Shown here in pieces: positions 25,471-38,379 of a stretch of 64,000 bases of DNA. The translations under genes were made by a program, and so were the position numbers. The notes under the pieces are model-generated. The model saw only the letters and a program-made list of their open reading frames with translations. It did no database searches and had not been told where the DNA came from. Positions within the stretch are counted from its first letter, which is position 1. Every line of letters begins with the position of its first letter. Source of the DNA: Eukaryota sp. GEM-RC1 (lineage: Eukaryota); contig JAUFOQ010000001.1 in the NCBI GenBank assembly GCA_040285855.1, positions 2,170,001 to 2,234,000 of the forward strand, written 5' to 3'.

Positions 25471-28327
25471 TGGTGTGAGCAAACTTCAGACATATGATGG
25501 TAATTTTTCTCATGATACGTAAGTAAGGGAAAACATATTAATAAGGCCATTCATTCTGCTGCTACTTCCACCTACTATAAATTGGTCTTTTGCACGAAGG
25601 TTCTGTACATCCTTAGAAGTGATGTATGTGCCTGGAAAATGTGCCTCAAGTATGGAAGTGACTCTCTTAGGTGGAACCATGTCTAAGAGAGGAAGATGTT
25701 TATGGGATTCTGTAGACTTGTTTTGAGAAGTCTTCCCACCAAAAACCAGTAGAATAAGAGAGTATTTGTTTGTTTTGTAAGTACAGTCCAACGTATAGAC
25801 AAGATGATACGTAAGTAAGGGAAAACATATTAATAAGGCCATTCATTCTGCTGCTACTTCCACCTACTATAAATTGGTCTTTTGCACGAAGGTTCTGTAC
25901 ATCCTTAGAAGTGATGTATGTGCCTGGAAAATGTGCCTCAAGTATGGAAGTGACTCTCTTAGGTGGAACCATGTCTAAGAGAGGAAGATGTTTATGGGAT
26001 TCTGTAGACTTGTTTTGAGAAGTCTTCCCACCAAAAACCAGTAGAATAAGAGAGTATTTGTTTGTTTTGTAAGTACAGTCCAACGTATAGACAAACCTGT
26101 ATCTTCTGCCTAATTCAACTGCTGTTTGATGAGCGATAAAGAAGTATTCCAGGTTGGTATTCCTTGCTGAACCTGCTTGACTTTGTGAATGGGAACAAAC
26201 CCAATCCAGTGGATGTTTACGACAACTGTAAAGAAGTTGAGCAGTAAGAACAAGAACAATGGAATTGAGATTGTTCACAGTAGCTAGACGGATGGAATTA
26301 GCTGAAATGTTTTTAACACGATGAACAATGCTGAAGAATCACTTGCACTTTACTTCTTTTTTTAAGCAAAAATATCAATAACACTCATCTCCCAAATCCA
26401 TATTTCACTAACCACTCAAATGGAAATTGATATCACATTAAACACTCATAGACCCTTTATCATTTACATATTATTTTATATGTAGGAGACATATTTGCAT
26501 CAAAAAAACGTTGTTTAGATGTAGCAGAGTACTTGAATGATAACCCCCAGTGGCTAAAAAATCTAGCAGGAGTGGTTTCTGATGTGGATGAACAGGAGAT
26601 GAGATCATTTGTGGACTTAGTTTTGCAGGATGTTGAAGAACAAGAAAGAATTGAAGAAATCGGATCTCTTGTATCTAAATCAGAGTCTAACAACGATCTT
26701 GTTTTAGATGGAATTGAGTAAGATCTACAATAGAGTAGAATGAGAGATCACCCGCTCTGTATGATATGCTTGAAGGTTATAGTTTTTGGTGCGTTTCTAT
26801 GACAATAAACGCTTTGTAACACTGTATAAGTATGATGTTCTAATGGAATTTTCGGAGACGTCATCCCGAATTCCAATTGGTTTTCAAATGCAAACAAGCG
26901 TTTTGGAAACTTTTTCATGTTTCGTGTACCCTAATAAAATGTTTCTTGAGTTCTTGGCAAATGATTCATAATGTGATTCACCACAGCAATCAAATTGTTC
27001 AGTGGATCATGTACAAACATGGCTCCACCTCTCTAAAAGGCGTGTAGTCTGTAATTAAGAGACCTATCCAAAATTAAGTGAATGTAACCTACAATTGAAC
27101 TTCACAAACAAACTGACAAATAGTGTAAGCGTAGACTAGATCCTGTAGTAATTGCATGTTGCAATCCGCCATATCAGTCATCATTCCCTAACAGAATAAT
27201 AGAACATCAACAAAATCAAGAAGCGATGCCCGGAATAGAAACAACTTCGGTGTCAATCACATCAAATCATCTGTCGAAAGATTGGAATTAGTGCTGTCAA
27301 ACCACGGGTCACGACGCTTCATGATCATTTACAGAATAAACCAGTGTTTAGTTCTATCTCTAGTTTACATATGATTCTATATTCTCACCCAACGCCCATT
27401 TGAGGCATAAGACAATTTTAGTGATTTGAAGAAAATGTTCTTGCTTTACAGAACATGAAAAGTGATCTTCAAGTATACACAAGACCACTTCCAATTGAAT
27501 GTTTCAGAGGGTGTATTAGTAAGAATTAGCGTTATTTGATGTATTAGGAGGAAAATACATTGTATACGTTCTTCAAGGTTTCAAAGAAAGTTGGTTGGAC
27601 AGATTCTCTGTGCAAGTATCGCGCTTAGTGGTACGATGTTTTGAAGATATAGATAAAGGCGGCCAATAATATTGTTGGAATTTTTCTAAATTTTCGCCAT
27701 CTTTTCCGCCAGCACTATTCTTCATGAACAGATTGACAGCGTAGTTGGGTATGACATATACAATTATTGAAAGACATAACAATCTTTTCGGACGACATCT
27801 TTGTGTTGAATTATTATTATTATTTTAAAGTACACTTTATATCGGAAATTGTAATAGCACTAGTATTGCTAACATTAATCTCTGTGAAACAACTATGGTC
27901 TCAAATCATGAGTAAAATTAGTTGAGTCAGGAACCGGATATTCTTACACCTACAGCAACAGCATGTACACACAGAACTTTGTCTTTTTGCCACTTTGAAC
28001 GTACACAACTCATTTTCATCTCATTGCTAACAGCGGTAGCTTCTCCTTTAGTCTCGAACTGCTGGTTCTGAGCAAGAACTATGGTAAATGCTGTTGCCTC
28101 ATCTAATAAAGATCTTACATCATTTGCCACTTATTTTACAATACTCGGTAGTTTCATTGCCTCTTCCAGTCGTTCCCCATTTTTATCATAGTTTTACAGC
28201 GAATTGTCCGTTAATAAAATGATAGCATTGTCACCCTTTTCTTTCTTAATGGAGTCGTGAAACGACTCATTTAATTACATCCATTGATGTTCCAAATTCT
28301 AATTGAAGACATTGCTACATTAATATC
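25293..28327. repeat. About 3-kb block present in inverted orientation at 47172-49879
   Basis: Near-identical ORF pairs 25700-26278/49185-49662, 26786-26971/48575-48760 and 27927-28130/47370-47555; ends matched by eye. Confidence 0.93.
25512..26093. repeat. 292-bp tandem duplication within a MULE (FAR1-like) transposase relic
   Basis: ATGATACGTAAGTAAGGGAAAAC begins at 25512 and at 25804. The minus strand encodes FFIAHQTAVELGRRYRFVYTLDCTYKTNKY (MULE DxTYKTN). Confidence 0.9.
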
Positions 28328-28960
28328 ATTATCATGTTAAGATCAACCAGCGAAATCGATCAAGTACCAAACCGTCATCCCACTTCTAAACTTCGTTTCC
28401 AAGTTCTTTTTAGATGTACTAAACAGAATCTGTACGGTACATTTTGACCGATAACATTACTTGTGTTGATTATTCATAGAATTATACTTTTATTTCACTT
28501 ATCTCCATTCAATACACCCATGTTTTCACATAAATCATATACTATTTTATCCATTGACGGTAAAATCAACACCTGCACCTTTGATCAATCCTTTGTCTCG
28601 ATTGGAAGAGAGCGGCAAAAAACTAAAGCTATATTCAAGCGATCGAAAAACGAACTCGAACTCGCTCCGTTTTCAGCATCAACAACAGCCCAGCAAAGGG
28701 GAAAGATGTGTGTAAAGTCGACTTGCAAACAGTTCTGACAAACAGCCGTCAATAATACTCCTTTAAACTTTCCGTATAAGTGACATCCGTCTACCGCAAT
28801 CATCTTCTTGCAGGACTTGTAACATTCTATCAATTCTTGGAAGCAAATGAGAACTCTACAGAATCTCCCATCTGTTACATCTAGATCAACGACCCACTGT
28901 TGATGAAGAATATTGGGAGCAAAGTACCTCATGGAGTAAGAATTCATCTGGTTCTACATC
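27927..28960 (-). mobile_element. MuDR/MULE transposase relics (DDE core and SWIM-like finger)
   Basis: CKKMIAVDGCHLYGKFKGVLLTAV...IFPLCWAVVDAEN (28585-28947); C..SKWQ....LCVHAVAV (27927-28130). Confidence 0.85.
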
Positions 28961-29440
28961 ATTTCCTCCACTTGACTTACTTCGCTTCTTCTCTAATGTC
29001 CCTGAAGCCACCAGACTGTCAACGGATGATTTAAAAGAAATTGCTGCTTCAACAGCCAATTCGTTGACGCCATGAAGTGATTAAGATGGAACTTATTGAA
29101 CGGCTTAATGTGCTATTGGATCGTCTGTTGAAGATCCGATTTAAGATATCTAATGTCTTCCGTAAATGCAGATTACAAAATAATGCTTCGCCACACCGTT
29201 TCAGAAACCGTCAAGAAACTCTTCAAAAAAGCCAGATGCTCTGAAAGACTTGTTGAAATTCGGGAAACACTTGCTTTGTTATTGACATTTAGAACACAAC
29301 ATCAAAGTTCACAGATCTTTTGAAAATTAGTCAAGATTCTCAAATATCCTATATGACATAAGAAATATGTTGCTTCATGTGATGATCAATCAACAATAAG
29401 TGAATTACTAAATCTATTTTGGGTTGAATAGGATCAGGAT

Positions 29441-29626
29441 GTGGCATTCCCAAATGTTGTCGAATATTTAAGATCAATCATTGTGCCTGAGTCGGAGAAG
29501 TCTTTTCACTGCTCCCTGACACATGTTCTTCATTTGGATACTTTCACTAACATCAGAGCAGAAGGAAATCATACAGTCCTTAAGAATTGCTCAGAAAGAT
29601 ATACTGGGTGTCATGAAGAAGATTGA
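29441..29626 (+). mobile_element. MULE transposase fragment
   Basis: VVEYL...HLDTFTNIRAEGNHTVLK resembles the MULE HF.N.TT.R.EG.H..LK motif. Confidence 0.6.
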
Positions 29627-30799
29627 TGTACATGTTCGAACCTAAACTACAAGAATGCGATGTTCAAGGGATAAAGATCAATTTTACAATGATTTGATAA
29701 AGTTTCTTTTGAGTTCCTCTGTTCACGTCCCACTGTCTCTGATAACAACTCTTGTTATTTGATCAAACGCTACAAGACCCACTCAAATGATGGAGACTTG
29801 AGCTTCCAATACTGTCCTCAAACACCATCAATTGAATACAGTTCAATTCTCAACAGATTTACGAATGATCATCAACAAAACGACGCCATAGTCACAGGTT
29901 CCCTTGTGAGTTTTCTGGATCTCGAAATATCCATGTTAAAAAAGACTCCCGCTGGAGCAAGGAGTGCAAATAGTACTTACGTAAGGTGTCTGACGAATTT
30001 GTCATTGTTTCCTCTGTCCAAAATAAAACGAGAAAATGGTGCTTTTGAAAGCATGTAGAGGATGGGGAAGAAAGCAGGCACAGTGGGTGATCTGGATCTA
30101 TGCGGAAGTTCTTCGGGAACGTCCGTTATTCTACCACCATACTGCCCGGAAAGCAATCCAATTGATTCAATTCGATTTACCAATTTCTTTTTAAAGAACT
30201 TGTCAGCCGAATTCCGTATTCGTAGACCTATCACCATTTTCGATGGTATTAAACTTGCTGAAATCTTAGAACATCAAATGAAGAGCCACTGGAATACGGA
30301 AGGTGGGAACATGGTGCCTGGAACGGATCTCATTGCTGTAGTGGATGAGGAAACAGCCAAGGCAATCTCAAAGGGCCTAAAGAACACAAAACATTGGCTG
30401 AATTTGAAGGAAGTTATTGTGCCATTACACAATATTCACATGCACATGTGTCAGGCTCATCTGTAGAGCGTCACGTCATCAAATAAGAGCAGAATCATTC
30501 GATTAATTTAATTATCTCCCTTATTTGATGTTTCTGAAGGATTTCATTCAACTCAATCTACTCCTGTACTAACTAGTGACAATACCTAAAATGCAAGATT
30601 TAGCTAAAGACATGATAGAATTCTGATTTGAAAACATAATCATATTTAGATATGAATACAAATTTTGAAATATTTAATACACTTATCTTAATTAAAGAAA
30701 TAAGTGCCATTCTTCAACTAAATACTGCAAAACAACAGATAAATAATGAAATTTGCTTTCACAATAGTGGTTTGATGTTAGAGCTAGATGATAATTTAA

Positions 30800-31430
30800 C
30801 AAATATTTACAAATAGTAGCATAAACAAACAACTCGATGATTCTCAAGTATTCTCTTCATTTGAGGGTAGATGTCTAGGTTGAGGTAATCTCCACTTAAT
30901 ACTTTCCCTAACAAACTCCTTAATGTCAATTTCCTTAGTTTAATCATAAATAGTCTGGTTAGAGTGAAAACAACGTCAACTGGATGACTATACATGAGTT
31001 CGAGACCAAGACAAACTTAGTACCAAGAGTAGACTTGACAAGGTTTCAAACCTCCTTCTTCTTGTTTCATGAAAGTTAGTACGGCGAAAGCAATGGAGAG
31101 CAGCGTGTTGTAGTCTTCAACGATGATGGTGAGGTGACTGTTGAAGAGAGGTTTAGCATAGGCAAAGAGTTCAGAAGCGAGCATCATGACTGAGGTTGTT
31201 CCGTCACTAACTTCTTCATCTTGGGTTAGCGCTAGTTCGATCTTAGTTTTGGCAGCGGGAGGAACGACGTCGATTTCACGAAGGAAGTGGTGACTATCAT
31301 TGATGATTTGAAGGCTGGGTGATCAACAAGGAGCTTAAACTTAGAGAGAGAAGAGAACAGAAAGTCACCAACAGTGTCAGCTTCGCCGATGATACAGAGT
31401 TGAGCTCTGTCTCGGTGTGGAAGTGGAACT
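30800..31430 (-). pseudogene. CCT3: CCT3 (TCP-1 gamma) N-terminal-half pseudogene, copy 1
   Basis: LREIDVVPPAAKTKIELALTQDEEVSDGTTSVMMLASEL; VKSTLGTKFV; KEIDIK; YPQMKRILENHRVV. Confidence 0.85.
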
Positions 31431-31509
31431 GCTAGTGTATGTAAGACGAATAGAGGGAGAAAGGGAATGTCATTGAGGGGTTCAAGATGTTCCTGTGTGT
31501 TGAAATATC

Positions 31510-31800
31510 AACGTGTCTTCTACAAGGAATAAGTTGTTGACAACACAGAAACCGTCTTTCTTCATGAACGATCTGACAAACCACTTCATGAGGTGACATT
31601 ACGACGACTCGTATCTTCGCCTCTATTCATTCTACATTAATCTTCCCTTCATATCCTTACTCAAGTCACTCCCTCTAATTGACATTCAGCTAGGTATCTC
31701 TCCCATTGAACTGTTGAAGATATAGTAGCTTTATTCTATCATTGGTTGTGTAAAAGATCAAATTAGGGTAAGACTGTCCACGCTGTACACTCGCCTCAGT
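31510..31800. repeat. Repeat module; direct copy at about 62905-63190
   Basis: Shared CATGAACGATCTGAC.AACCACTTCA and GCTAGGTATCTCTCCCATTGA.CTGTTGAAGAT. Confidence 0.85.
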
Positions 31801-32034
31801 CAAGAGTTTGGTTTCAGATCGGTCGATAAGTAATGAGATTAATGTAAACCTTGTCGTTCGTGTTTAAACACTTCTAACTGCTAGTATTGACCAAAAAGTT
31901 ATTCATGGAGATTGTTGCTGTTTCTTTTGGTTAGATGAAAATAGAGATATAAAGGACCCAATACAAGCATAGTAAGGGATATGCTTGAATAGTTTTTTAA
32001 GGTTGCTTGTATTGAGACCTCAACGATAGATATT

Positions 32035-32335
32035 ATAGCTCTTCTATTTGCTGCAGTGTTCGCAGAATGGCAGACATCTGTCTATCCACAGGAAAATACT
32101 GACGCTTCTAATGCCGAATGTGATAATTGCGTTCGTGCTCTCCGTGTTATTTATAGCGTTACCGAAACTAGCGGATGCGCTGTTGCTTGTTCTCCTACAG
32201 GAACATTTAGGTCTGGTTTGCTCAACTTCTACATCTCTAATCTTAGCGTGTAATATGGGTTGCATGACACTTGTTCAAGATGTATGTCCTTCCGATTGCG
32301 CAAGAGCAGCGTGTACATGGTTCAAATTCTGTTAG
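32035..32335 (+). pseudogene. Second saposin-like peptide copy; 31-nt intron at 32216-32246; start codon region apparently lost
   Basis: Spliced product IALLFAAVFAEWQTSVY...CDNC...CAVAC...ACNMGCMTLVQDVCPSDCARAACTWFKFC*. There is no in-frame ATG between the upstream stop at 31990 and the signal peptide. Confidence 0.8.
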
Positions 32336-35315
32336 ATGGATTGTTAGTCTATTCAAATATCGAATTATATTGTTTTGTAATAGTCATCAGTATCGTTTTC
32401 GTTTTTCATTATTATCAAGCATTTAAAAAAATTTAAATCATTTAATGTGTGATACATCTGTTTGAACTCTGCGTCAGTTCTGTTGAATGTTCACGAGTCA
32501 TGACACTGAAATGATTTCTACTCTTTATTCTTCGTGTGCATAAACATTCATGGTAAAATTAGTCCCATAATTAGTCTCACCAAATCTCAGTGAGACTATA
32601 TTTGTACTGAGACTATATTTGCACAAATGCTGAAGTGTGAAAATTAGTATTATTATTCAGAACAAGGATACGCAAACACACGGTGTGGCCAATTCACTGT
32701 CCGTGTGACATACATGGGACACACGGATTGTGTTGTATTGTTTGTAATCAAATATTTTTCTTAAATAAAGTACATAACATTCTATTCAAAATTTCATAGA
32801 CTAAACAACTAAAACCTGATGTCATGAAAACACCACCCGTCGCTATCAAATCTTGCAACAGCTTTGTCCTCATAAAAGGAACTCACAGCTAACAAAACTT
32901 TGGCGATGATTAGGGAAATTGTTTTACAAGTAGTAATAACGATACGATTCAACCGTAACATATGCTCAATACGTTTGTTTATCCTATTTGTGACTATTTT
33001 TCTGCAATCGTTTTAAAAATACAAATTCACTGCACTGTTTCATAAACGTCAGTAGATTGAAAATGAAAGCCATATGAATCAAGACAGCAGATACATCATT
33101 AGCCACAGAAAGTAATCTGAACACATTTTGAAATGTTGTACAAAGTAAATTGCAATAGGAGAGTAACTTTTGTCTTTTTTAAGTTGAAAAGCATGGATAA
33201 AAACGCATGCAACAAAAAACCTTCTAACGCAAACACACGGTGTGGCAATATCGTAATCCATGTGATACACGACCACAGCGGTGGCAGTGTGGCCCTATTC
33301 AGAACTAATCAAATTCATCGTAATCCTCATCCTCATTCCCAATTCAATAACAACATGTTGTTGGACAATCTCTTCCTCAGTATGCTCGACAGAAAGATCT
33401 TTTCATAAATCACAATGTGAAGCACCGATTTTCCATGTAAATCCTTTTGCTTCTTATACAATGGAAGCAGATGTTATGATATCCTGTTTTAGAAGTGAGA
33501 GACATTGTTGTGCATCGGATCATGTTGTATAAAACACCACTTAAACCACCGCTTAAATATAGGTTTTTTGAATCACGTTATCAACAAGGAATTCGACAGT
33601 GTTATGCGTATACCAATGAAATAATTTTTGATGGATGTACAAAAATGTACAAGATATTTATGAATCGAAGACATCCTAACCCATGATGTTTAAACTTGGC
33701 AAGGTGTTATTAGTACTCACTCAGATGAAATTGTAATGAAGAAGTTGATGTTTATTTTCCAATGAAAACTCAAAGAAACATTTTCGATAGTTGAGTAGTT
33801 CGACCACAAGATAGAGTTTATGGACTATTTAGGCTGCTCATTTATGTCTTCCAGATGTAATACGTGGAGTAGGAGCACCATTGAAGAAGTAGATGTCTGT
33901 GTATGAGCTGTACTTTGAGATTGTCCTAATTACAGCAGGAAAAGTCATTTTAACGAAGCGCAGAAAGAAAGTTTCTATGTCACTGGTAAATTTGATATGG
34001 CTACGATATTTCCAATAATTATAAGATGTGTCTAGAACTATGCTATCGACTCAGATAGTCAACTAAGTCGACTCCCCTACATCAGTCGAGTCGACTCTTT
34101 CTCAAGTCGAGTCGACTCAAGTCATTTATTACATTGCATCAAATAACACTACATGTGGTTTATAGATATTAGCTTCCATTAAATAGTTCAACAAAGAGTA
34201 CTGAAAACAACACCAATTGACTTTCGTCTTTGTGGTTAATTAATTGAGTGTAGTATGTTAACAACGTTACTACATGTAGTACTGAAGTGATTTTTGTTAC
34301 ACCAATGTCTTGTTTCTCCTCTATGAATGTGTTACCTCCAATAAAGACCTGTAGAATTCCAACTGCACCAAAGTAAAGGCCGCTATCCAATTCTCAGTGA
34401 TTTGGCTGAAGAAATTTTGGCAATTCAGGCGACCACATCATGTGTCGTTGGTAATTCTATGAAAGGTATAATATAAGTTAATAAGATCAACATAATTTGG
34501 AAATTTGCCAAAATTGCAGGTAACAATTTAAATGTAACCGTTTCTAGTTCAGCAAACTTGAAGATATCTACCACTATCATATATAGAACATATTATATTT
34601 TGAATTCGATGTTAAAATCTCTCCTGAAACTCTGAATCGCTCTCAATTTAACAAGATGATGTTTTTTGTGAGCAAAGACAAGCCGTTCCAATAGCATTAG
34701 AAGACCTAAAAGCTGCAAACGAAAACATTATTGGTCCGAATGAAGTATGTAGAATGTGGAAGTCTCTGTACGAGTCAAAAAAGTATCTCTACGTTCCATT
34801 CCATGTAAGGAAGCATACTACATAGCGAAATTATTTGTCATTCAAGCGTGTCAATCCGTGAAGGATGTTTCAAATGACCAAATGCTTGCTGACAACGTTG
34901 CAACTTTTGTTGTTCAGCACCTCACTACTGATAACTTGAAACGATATGAGAGAGGGAGAGCTGAAAGAAAGATCCTTCTGAAGGACATCGAAGGATGCAT
35001 CTTGGCTGGTAATCATCACCGATCAAGTCAGGCAAACTTAACAGAAACCGCTCAAGCTAACTTCTCCAACAACATGAATGTTGAAGATAGTCATGTTTAG
35101 GTAGTTAAATCAATTTTGATAGTACTCCTTGAGACTTCGTTCAAACCATCCCCCAAATTAAGAGCTCCTGGTCACTCTGCGAAACACTGTGTTTCCAAAG
35201 ACAACAGTTCATATGGGAAATGATTAAAGTGTCATATCGGTCGAATTCTACCAAGATGTACATAGGGTGTTGAGGCTGGGGTGTTGTTTTTCTAAAACAA
35301 AACAGTTCTCGGTGG

Positions 35316-36380
35316 TCCAAACAACTTCTTAAGTGTGATGGTTGGAGAGGTACACGGCAAGATAAAGCTTATAGAGCCTGGATTGATAACCACTGCGAGT
35401 GAAAAACATCCAGTGTTCAAGCTCAACAAGCTCACCATGACGTATCTGAATAAATCTTGTTTTCTGAGGAGTGGGTAGTCGAAATGGTTGCCCAAGCCTT
35501 TCATCACTAGAAACTATAAATCAAAGTAGCAATGAACAAGAATCTAATCTTGTTGGTTTTGTTGAAATTCGAAATGACACACACTTTGAGAAAAGTCGGG
35601 TTAAATCAACCGTTGGTTTAATCTTCTGCAATAATCCTTCTTGCTGTAAATCTTCAGAGCCTTAAGCAAAGACAACAGGAAAGAAAACTCTAACTACCGT
35701 TTGCGAGGAAAACACCTAGATTTGCTCACAAAAAACAAACAAGAACGAGCAGTACTGTCTATAAACCCACTTAATCGACTCCCATCCAATTTAAACCAAC
35801 CTACTTGTCACCTCCTACCTGAAAAACAGAAACAGCTTCTATACTCCGTAATATTATTAATCAAGACCTCGCCTACAGTTTTACCACCCCAACTAAAGGC
35901 AGTGATGCACTACTCAAGATGCTAAAAGTACTTGACAGTCGTGTGAAGGTTCTGTCGGCCCGGCTCACTGTTCAAAAGCATGTGATTAAGGCTTGCTGTG
36001 AGCCTAGAATCTAAGAACTCTTGAGCTTCCGAAATCCCTTCTATGTCATTAGAAACACCTCTTCTGCTCCCAAATATGACTACCAATAGCCAATGTAATG
36101 CCAATGCAATATTTCCCATCCCTGATTGTATTGGATATCACAAAAGAAATATATTTCAAATTATGAGGAAACGCTCTCTGTAAATGACAAAAGACATCAT
36201 CTTCAGTCCCTTAACTCTGACACTTCCTCAGTGATGGACTTTCCTGTACTGCATTATGGCTTGAGTGTGTTGTAGCTAAGTTGTTACCTTTCTCATACGT
36301 TTTCTCGACTCTTTTACTCGTATTCATACAAAGCACACTTCAACTTTTTTTAAACTGAAGACGATACAAAAAAGCAAAAA
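35316..36380. repeat. Block with inverted copies at 46297-47173 and 45628-45912; includes a hAT TIR (…TTTCCCATCCCTG ending at 36124)
   Basis: Reverse-complement matches, e.g. GAAAAGTCGGGTTAAATCAACCGTT and TTCTATGTCATTAGAAACACCTCTTCTGCTC. Confidence 0.9.
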
Positions 36381-36589
36381 TTAAAATTATAAAACCATGA
36401 TAGATTTTTGATTTAAACACCTAATCATATTTAGATTTAAAAAAGAATACTCAATACACTTACCTTAATTAACGCAACAATTGTTCTAACTACAGACTAG
36501 AGAAAGCTAAATCAATAATGAAATTTGCTTTCACTATCGTGATTTGATGTCAGAACTGAACGATAATTTAACAAATATTCAAGTAACAG

Positions 36590-37150
36590 CAGCAAACCAC
36601 ACGATGATTCTCAATTAGTCCCTTCATTTGGGGGGTGTTTAGGTTGAGGTAAACTTCTCTTAATACTTAATCTAATAAACTTCTTGATGTTGAATTCATC
36701 ATAAAAAGTGCGAGTTAGGGTGAAACAGCATCAGCAAAACGGTAAAAGAGAACAATCTAGCGAGAGACGAACTTATTACCAAGAGTAGACTCAGCAAGGT
36801 TTGAAACCTCATTCGTGTTGTTGTTTCATGTAAGTAAGTATAGCGAGAGTAATGAAGAGAAGCATGTCGTAATCTTCAACGATGATGGCGAGGTGACTGT
36901 TGAAGAGAGGTTTAGCGTAGGCAAGGAGTTCAGAAGCGAGGATCATGACTGAGGTTGTTCCGTCACCAACTTCTTCATGTTGGGTTAGCGCTAGTTCGAT
37001 TTTAGTTTTGAAGCGGGAGAAACGACGTCGATTTCAAGAAGGATGTAGTAACTAAGAGTTTAGAGACTAGACTTAGAGAACAGATGGGGGTGGATGAGTT
37101 GACAAGAGATTTAGTTTCGCCGACGATAGATATGTGTTCGAAAGTGGAAA
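36590..37150 (-). pseudogene. CCT3: CCT3 pseudogene, copy 2 (inside inverted arm 36310-37350)
   Basis: KTKIELALTQHEEVGDGTTSVMILASELLAYAKPLF; ESTLGNKFVSR. Confidence 0.85.
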
Positions 37151-38379
37151 ACTGTCAGTGTGTGGAAAATGGATGGGGTGTGTAACGCAATGTCTTCAAT
37201 AGTAACTGATACCGGTCCAGTTGAACTCAGGAATAGTAGTGCAGGATGACATTGTGAGGAGTACTGTCTGCAGACATGGTGGAATACTAGTAGGTATTGA
37301 TAAGTTTTTCAAAGACAGATTGTTGTGTTTCAGACCAATTCTCTATGGACCAACACAATATAACGTGAATAGAAACATACTGATTGTTCCAGATTTTCGC
37401 CATGGATTGTGCGGTTTGCATACAATATTTTCGATCCTTGAAAACTCTCTAAAGCATTGTTTCTTCATAAGAAAACGGGGTTTCTGATCAAGCAGAGAAA
37501 TAAAGGCTTTTGGAAAATATAATAACTAACATACACTAACTAAAGTATCTTAACTGTGATCCTTCTAACCTTCACCAAACAACTTACATAATATCATTCT
37601 TCATAGAAGTGACTAGTAATTGTAAATGAGATGAAAAAAGTCCACTAAAATTTATATCATATAAAGAACGCCAATCAAAAATTTGGTTAGCTAGTGTGGA
37701 CCAGATAATACTCCTCATATATATTCATATTCAATAAGAACTGACAATTAGTACAGCTCAAAGTAGTGAGACGCATTGTTTCCAAAAACAGTAAGAACTC
37801 AACCATTCAATTACTCAAACTGACCAATGTGTTTGTTTATATTCATTCCCACATTTTTTGAGCAATCATTTAAAAAGCGCAATACACTTTTTTTGAAACG
37901 ACCGTAATTTGATACAAACAAAGGACAGAATGCGTAAAGTGCATGTCTTACGTCTTGATGCCGTTAATGATTTTTTGAACTTATCCTGATTGGCTACAGT
38001 AGTTGTTAAATTTTTGAAAGGAAAGTATCAGATCCAGTGATCTTTCAGGTTATTTTATTTGCAAACATCCACAGACGCCACATCAACGACATACAATATG
38101 TCTGAACAATAAGAAACAACAATATCTGCTCTCTGTTTACAATAAAATTGTGTTATTCAAACACTTACAGTGTATTGCAATTGTATGATTATCCAATATA
38201 CTAAGTGTAATGTATATTTCTTATGACAACATATGTGTCGGTCCGTGTCTCAAAGAACTTTACGACCTAGAATCTACCACCAGTGAGTCATTTGACACAT
38301 TCTAAAGCGGAGCAAATTGAATACAGAAACGTAAAGTGAGAATGTGGTGAGAAGCCGTCAAGACTCAATAGCAAAAGTG

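Noticed and set aside
30122..30170. LPPYCPESNPID resembling the Tc1/IS630 LPPYSPELNPIE motif
   Set aside because: No upstream DE or DNA..H motifs and no following W..LK; a single motif is insufficient
30570..30600. CTAG as a Helitron 3' end for the CCT3 repeat
   Set aside because: No hairpin upstream, and the homologous copy at about 43130 lacks CTAG and continues past this point
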